Shown piece after piece: positions 22,917 through 27,542 of a stretch of DNA of 27,542 nucleotides. The stretch lies in the UHGV virus genome UHGV-0088497. One strand, 5' to 3'. Position 1 is the stretch's first letter, and the number at the start of each line of letters is the position of its first letter. A program made the translations under genes and the position numbers. The notes below the pieces were generated by a model. It worked only from the letters and a program-made list of their open reading frames with translations. It searched no databases and was not told where the DNA came from. This DNA is from a virus.

Positions 22917-23314
22917 ACAGACACAGCGCAATTCGTGCAGCCATTTTGGCAAAACTGAAAGCCGATATCACCGACACCGTCACCTGGTTTGACGGGCGCC
23001 CTGTTTTTCTGGAAGAGCAGGATCTCCCTGCATTGGCTGTTTACCTTTCTGACGCGGAGTACACCGGCGATTCGCTTGATGAAGATTCGTGGCAGGCGGT
23101 TGTTCACATCGAGGTATTTCTTAAAGCCTCCAGCCCCGACAGCGCGCTTGATTCCTGGATGGAAGAGAAAGTGTATCCGGCAATGGCCTTCATCCCGGGT
23201 CTGACCGAACTGGTCGAGACGTTCACCCCGCAGGGTTATGACTATCAGCGGGATGATGAAATGGCCACCTGGGGTTCAGTCGATTTCACGTACTTAATCA
23301 CCTATTCAATTTAA
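22913..23314 (+). CDS. U: Tail terminator protein U
   Basis: FDGRPVFLEEQDLPALAVYLSDAEYTGD...HIEVFL...GYDYQRDD...TYLITY parallels lambda gpU. Confidence 0.9.
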   Translation: MNRHSAIRAAILAKLKADITDTVTWFDGRPVFLEEQDLPALAVYLSDAEYTGDSLDEDSWQAVVHIEVFLKASSPDSALDSWMEEKVYPAMAFIPGLTELVETFTPQGYDYQRDDEMATWGSVDFTYLITYSI

Positions 23315-23323
23315 GAGGTACTT

Positions 23324-24067
23324 ATGCCTACACCCAATCCACTGGCACCCGTGAAAGGCGCCGGTACCACACTCTGGCTTTACACAGGAACGGGTAACGC
23401 TTTCGCTAACCCACTCTCGGATATCGACTGGAACCGTCTGGCGAAAATTAAAGAGCTGACGCCGGGCGAAATGACCGCCGAATCGTATGACGACACCTAC
23501 CTTGATGATGAGGACGCCGACTGGAGCGCGACCGCTCAGGGTGCAAAATCGGCAGGGGATACATCACTTACGCTTGCCTGGAAGCCGGGAGAACAGGGAC
23601 AGAAAGAACTGGTCACCTGGTTTAACGATGGTTCTGTCCGGGTGTACAAGATTAAATATCCGAATGGTACCGTCGACGTTTTCCGCGGCTGGTGCAGCAG
23701 TCTGGGTAAAGCTATCCCGGCAAAAGAGGTCATTACCCGCACAGCGAAAATCACCAATACCGGCAAGCCCGAACTGGCTGAAGAAAGTGGTTCTGCGTCC
23801 ATTGCTGTTACAGGCGTTACGCTGGATAAATCCACGGCAAGCGTCGCCGTTGCAGCGACCATCGCGCTCAATGTGACGGTTAATCCTGCCAGTGCATCGG
23901 ATCCTTCTTTCCGCGTGGCAACCTCTGATGGGGCAAAAGCGACGGTATCTGTAAGCGGCAACACGATCACCGTAACGGGTGTAGCAGCCGGTAACGCTGA
24001 CATTATTGTTATGACCAGCGACGGCAATTTCGTTGCAGTCAGCAAAGTCACTGTCACCGCTTCCTGA
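23324..24067 (+). CDS. V: Major tail protein V with a C-terminal Ig-like (Big_2) domain
   Basis: [12 protein letters not shown]...[37 protein letters not shown] is near-identical in pattern to lambda gpV. The C-terminus ends VTVTAS. Confidence 0.95.
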   Translation: MPTPNPLAPVKGAGTTLWLYTGTGNAFANPLSDIDWNRLAKIKELTPGEMTAESYDDTYLDDEDADWSATAQGAKSAGDTSLTLAWKPGEQGQKELVTWFNDGSVRVYKIKYPNGTVDVFRGWCSSLGKAIPAKEVITRTAKITNTGKPELAEESGSASIAVTGVTLDKSTASVAVAATIALNVTVNPASASDPSFRVATSDGAKATVSVSGNTITVTGVAAGNADIIVMTSDGNFVAVSKVTVTAS

Positions 24068-24077
24068 GGAGGGGGAT

Positions 24078-24509
24078 ATGTTCCTCAAAAAAGAACCATT
24101 TAACTACCTTGGCGAATCCACCACGCTGAATGAACTGTCAGCGCTTCAGCGTATTGAGTACCTTGAATTTCTGGCTGCGGAAGAAAAGACACTTGGTCAT
24201 GAAAGCGACAGCATCAGCGATCAGGAAATGACTGCCCGTCTGGTGGGTTCAAACATCCGCTGCGGTGCGCGCGTGATCGCACTTTCTCTCTGGCATAATG
24301 ACCCCGCAGGTCCCGACGAAGAAGCGCTTTACCAGCAGGTTCTCAAAGGCTGGCCGCCGGAAGCGATCGGCAAGGCTGAAATGCAGGTTAAGTTGCTCTC
24401 CGGCATGCTCGTTCCGGTTGATGATGACAACACTGACGATCCAGGTGCCCCATCAGAGGCCGAAGGCGCAGAAGCTGTTACGGCGGAAAAGCCCTTGCCA
24501 GCGAGCTGA
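24078..24509 (+). CDS. G: Tail assembly chaperone G
   Basis: MFLKKEPFNY...LNELSALQRIEYL parallels lambda gpG. ATG 24078 follows GAGGAGGGGG. Confidence 0.9.
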   Translation: MFLKKEPFNYLGESTTLNELSALQRIEYLEFLAAEEKTLGHESDSISDQEMTARLVGSNIRCGARVIALSLWHNDPAGPDEEALYQQVLKGWPPEAIGKAEMQVKLLSGMLVPVDDDNTDDPGAPSEAEGAEAVTAEKPLPAS

Positions 24510-24832
24510 AATTTGTCCTGAATCTGGCGCGCGAGTTCGGGCGACCCGACTGGCGCGCCATGCTGGCTGGAATGACTTCTGGTGAGCTGGGTGACTGGCA
24601 CCAGTTCTACCGGGAACATTATTTTCAGGACGCGCAGCTCGATGCGCATTTTTCCGGGCTGCTTTATTCCATCTCTTCTATTTTCTTCCGCGATCCGGAA
24701 CTTACCCCCGCACATTTCAGCCTGCTTTCTCCTTCCGGCAGCATCATCAGTGATGATGAACCGGATGATGACACGCTGATGGCCGCAGCTGAGGGGATCA
24801 CAGGAGGTATCCGATATGGCCCAGCAGATTAG
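24078..24832 (+). CDS. T: Tail assembly chaperone G-T, made by a programmed -1 frameshift
   Basis: The -1 frame is open from 24485 (GGA AAA GCC...) through KFVLNLAREFGRPDWRAMLAGM to 24832, and parallels lambda gpT. The slip site is G GAA AAG at 24485..24491, the position equivalent to lambda G GGA AAG. Confidence 0.8.
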
Positions 24833-27176
24833 CGATCTGGTCATCAACCTTGATGTCGACAGCGCCACGTTCAGCGAGCAGGTTGCCCGCATAAAGGGCC
24901 AACTCACAGGGATGGCTGATGATTCTGAAAAAGTCCAGACGCGAATGCAGCGCGCCTCAGAGCGACAGGTTGCAGCATTAAAAAGTGTGGGGGATGCAGG
25001 AGCTTCTGCAGCGGCGGAAATCAAATCCCGCCAGGCAGACGCCACGGAAGGGTTGGCTCAAAACTGGCAAAAAGTATCTAAATCCGTTGATGAAACACAC
25101 CGCCGGGTGACAGACCTCAGCCAGCGCATGCGTGAGAATGACGGCCAGGCGGCAGTGCTCGCAAGGCGGCAGGATGAACTTGCTGCATCTTTTTTTCGCC
25201 AGATAGACAGTGTTCGCCAGTTGAACGGAGAAACACAATCTCTCGCTAATGTGCAGGCACGCTTTCGTGCCGCAAGGGCTCAGGGAAATATTACCCAGCA
25301 GGATTACCTTGCGTTGATCTCTCATACGACAGCCCGACAGAAAGAGCTTCAGATTGTCGAAGAGAAAGCAGGGATTGCACGGGCGCGTTTTCTCCGTCAA
25401 CTGAAGTCTCAGGTTGTGGAGCAAAAGCTCTCCGGTACCGAACTGCTGCGAATGAAGGCTGCACAGGTTGGAGCCAGTGATGCCGCAGAAGTTTATATCC
25501 GTAAGCTTGAAGCGGCTAAAGTCGCCACGCACGGGCTGGGTCTGCAAAGTGCTGCGGCGCGTCGGGAACTTGGCGTTCTGATGGGCGAAGTCATGCGCGG
25601 TAACTTTGGTGCCCTTCGTGGTTCCGGTATTACGCTGGCCAACCGCGCCGGATGGATAGATCAGCTGATGACTTTACGCGGGCTGGGCATGGCCGGCATG
25701 GTCGGGGGGGTTGCTGCGGCGGTTGTTGGGTTGGGTAAAGCCTGGTATGACGGCAGCAAAGAGTCTGAGGAATTTAATAAACAGCTAATCCTGACCGGGA
25801 ACTACGCGGGTAAAACATCCGGTCAGCTTCAGGCGCTGGCGCGCTCGCTGGCCGGTAATGGTATCACTCAGCATGCCGCTGCAGGCGTGCTGGCGCAGGT
25901 CGTTGGAAGCGGCGCGTTCAGCGGTAATGACGTCAGCATGGTCAGCAATGTCGCCGCCAGGCTGCAGCAGGCTACCGGGCAGGCCGTCGACGAAACCATA
26001 AATCAGTTTAAACGCCTGAAGGATGATCCGGTTAACGCGGTCGCGACGCTCAATGATTCCCTGCATTTTCTGACGGCCACCCAGTATGAACAGATTTCCT
26101 CTGCTCAGGCGCTGGGGGATTCGCAGAAAGCAGCCGAGCTGGCAATGCGGGCATATTCTGACGCCGTTATACAACGAGCGGGGGCTGTAGAGGACAATCT
26201 TGGTTCTCTCGAAAAAGCGTGGAACTGGGTGAAGAATGCTGCTTCCGGGGCGTGGGATGCGATGCTGGGCGTAGGGCGTAATCCTGACACCGCGATGAAG
26301 CGCCAGGACTCTTTCGCTGAATGGCAGGCAGCAGAGAAAGAGTACCGCGCGCTGTCCAGCAATCTTAAAGTCGACCCAGATTATGCCGGTAACAACGTTC
26401 TGCAGAAAGCTGATGCGGAAAGGCTGAGAAACGCGCGCCAGCAGGTGGAGCTTAAAAAGCAGGCTTATGATCTGGCTGATCAGCAATATGCCCAGGAAGG
26501 ACTGACAGCCGCGCGGGAAAAAATGCGGACGGATCAGCAAACTCAGGCAATCCGCAGCCAGCAGCAGTTTAACCAGTTGGTGGAATCCGGCGCGACGGCG
26601 GCAGAAAAGCGGGCTTCAGCAGAGAAAAAGCTCAGTCAGCTTATTGAGAAAAACCGTCAGGATGCGAAAGACGGTATCGCCACGCTGTGGACTGACAAGG
26701 ACATTGCTGCAGCGCGGGCAGGGATCGAAAAGCAGTTTAAGGACGCCAAAACCCCAAAAGGCAAAAGCTATTCAACGCCAGCCGGGGACAAAGCTGAAGA
26801 AAAAGCACAGGCCGAACTTCTCACCCTTCAGGCCCAGCTTAAAACGCTTGAGCAGCATACCAGCGTGAACGATGTTATCAGCAAACAGCGTCAGGACCTC
26901 TGGCAGACTGAAAATCAGTTCACAGTTCTTCAGGAGGCCGCTGGTCGTCGTCAGCTTACGGCGCAGGAAAAATCCCTGCTGTTCCAGGTCGAGCAGGCCG
27001 AAGCCTCCAAGCGGGAACTCGTGGCCGGAGGGCTCAAGGTTTCCCAGCTCGAAGACGAAGAACAGTGGAAAAAAGTCGCCATTGAAAAGGTGTGGCCTGA
27101 AATGGCGGACTTCGTGGGCGGCAAGGATGCCATCAACGAATATCTGAAGGCTTGCGGCAAGCAGCCCTGGAACTAA
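24816..27176 (+). CDS. H: Tape measure protein (gpH-like), probably 3'-truncated or fused
   Basis: MAQQISDLVINLDVDSATFSEQVARIKG parallels the lambda gpH N-terminus. It is coiled-coil-rich with a central Gly/Ala hydrophobic segment. No tail-tip genes follow. The ORF ends 15 bp before a host-type bidirectional terminator. Confidence 0.8.
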   Translation: MAQQISDLVINLDVDSATFSEQVARIKGQLTGMADDSEKVQTRMQRASERQVAALKSVGDAGASAAAEIKSRQADATEGLAQNWQKVSKSVDETHRRVTDLSQRMRENDGQAAVLARRQDELAASFFRQIDSVRQLNGETQSLANVQARFRAARAQGNITQQDYLALISHTTARQKELQIVEEKAGIARARFLRQLKSQVVEQKLSGTELLRMKAAQVGASDAAEVYIRKLEAAKVATHGLGLQSAAARRELGVLMGEVMRGNFGALRGSGITLANRAGWIDQLMTLRGLGMAGMVGGVAAAVVGLGKAWYDGSKESEEFNKQLILTGNYAGKTSGQLQALARSLAGNGITQHAAAGVLAQVVGSGAFSGNDVSMVSNVAARLQQATGQAVDETINQFKRLKDDPVNAVATLNDSLHFLTATQYEQISSAQALGDSQKAAELAMRAYSDAVIQRAGAVEDNLGSLEKAWNWVKNAASGAWDAMLGVGRNPDTAMKRQDSFAEWQAAEKEYRALSSNLKVDPDYAGNNVLQKADAERLRNARQQVELKKQAYDLADQQYAQEGLTAAREKMRTDQQTQAIRSQQQFNQLVESGATAAEKRASAEKKLSQLIEKNRQDAKDGIATLWTDKDIAAARAGIEKQFKDAKTPKGKSYSTPAGDKAEEKAQAELLTLQAQLKTLEQHTSVNDVISKQRQDLWQTENQFTVLQEAAGRRQLTAQEKSLLFQVEQAEASKRELVAGGLKVSQLEDEEQWKKVAIEKVWPEMADFVGGKDAINEYLKACGKQPWN

Positions 27177-27191
27177 ACGACATCCCTCCAC

Positions 27192-27227
27192 AAAAAAGCC
27201 CGGACGGTTTTTGTCCGGGCTTTTTTT
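27192..27227. terminator. Bidirectional rho-independent terminator
   Basis: AAAAAA GCCCGGAC ggttttt GTCCGGGC TTTTTTT. Confidence 0.85.
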
Positions 27228-27269
27228 GCGGGAAGAGGGAAAACGCCGTTGCCCGTCTGCGGAAAGGCG

Positions 27270-27542
27270 TCAGGCCCGGCCCTGCTTCCAGCACCATACC
27301 TTTCCGAGTGCCATCGCGGGAATCATGGACAAGGCAGGGATAAGCGAAACCAGCGAACCCGCGAGGATAAACAGGACGCCCACCACCATGCTCACCGGAA
27401 TGGCTTCCTGCAGAAAAACCAAGGCCAGCACGGGCGCGAGGGCGGGCTTGAAGAAGAAGACCAATGAGGCGGTGATCGGAGAGGTCGCCTCCATCGCCAT
27501 AAAGTAGCAGGCAAAGCCCGCCCCGGTCACGCCGACGCAGAT
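27270..27542 (-). CDS. EamA/DMT-family transporter, C-terminal part (gene continues beyond the window)
   Basis: Hydrophobic helices (ATSPITASLVFFFKPALAPVLALVFLQEAIP...VGVLFILAGSL) are typical of an EamA domain. It is GC-rich and convergent with the prophage, so it looks like host flank. Confidence 0.65.
   Translation of the reverse strand: MCVGVTGAGFACYFMAMEATSPITASLVFFFKPALAPVLALVFLQEAIPVSMVVGVLFILAGSLVSLIPALSMIPAMALGKVWCWKQGRA

Larger units (their letters stand above)
1..27180. mobile_element. Lambdoid cos-type prophage, incomplete at the left window edge and apparently truncated on the right within the tape-measure gene
   Basis: The gene order is collinear with lambda: early-left operon, cI, cro, cII-like, O-like, rusA, Q, lysis, cos, terminase, portal, head, then Z, U, V, G-T and H. 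No M/L/K/I/J tail-tip genes, integrase or att site lie in the window. A host-like convergent gene starts right after 27227. Confidence 0.9.

Noticed and set aside
25785-26540. 251-aa minus-strand ORF, plus other long antisense ORFs (24329..25045, 24978..25547, 20222..20779, 21074..21544, 21666..22145, 19436..19900)
   Set aside because: All lie antisense inside clearly homologous structural genes (TMP, G/T, capsid, portal). They have Arg/Cys/Leu-rich compositions typical of shadow ORFs in GC-rich coding DNA.

Overview
The window is almost entirely a lambdoid, cos-packaging prophage of an enterobacterial host. It is cut at the left window edge and appears truncated on the right inside the tape-measure gene, next to a host EamA-type transporter gene. 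Reading left to right: a translationally coupled early-left operon on the minus strand that includes a YfdR-like HD hydrolase; an AT-rich 4-TM membrane moron; the cI / OR / cro / cII-like immunity region; a replication gene with internal iterons; a Dam-like methyltransferase fusion; RusA; a Rha/KilAC antirepressor; a DUF968/Ref-like protein; and a Q antiterminator of the QuuD/phage-21 type. About 4 kb of cargo follows, then an S21-like holin, SAR endolysin, Rz with embedded Rz1, a lambda-like cos site, TerS/TerL, gpW, portal, a ClpP-type protease-capsid fusion, a DUF2190 protein, and FII/Z/U/V/G-T/H homologues. I did not recognise any tRNA, rRNA or CRISPR. The most interesting locus is the cargo between Q and the holin. 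It contains an antisense, AT-rich two-gene operon (a soluble protein of about 315 aa plus a 149-aa 4-TM protein) with RexA/RexB-like architecture, which I read as a candidate divergent abortive-infection or exclusion system. Next to it lie a divergent zinc-ribbon gene, a small winged-helix gene, a very acidic 110-aa protein (possible DNA mimic) and an orphan beta-class DNA methyltransferase. All homology statements come from reading the translations and from memory of reference proteins. No searches were run.
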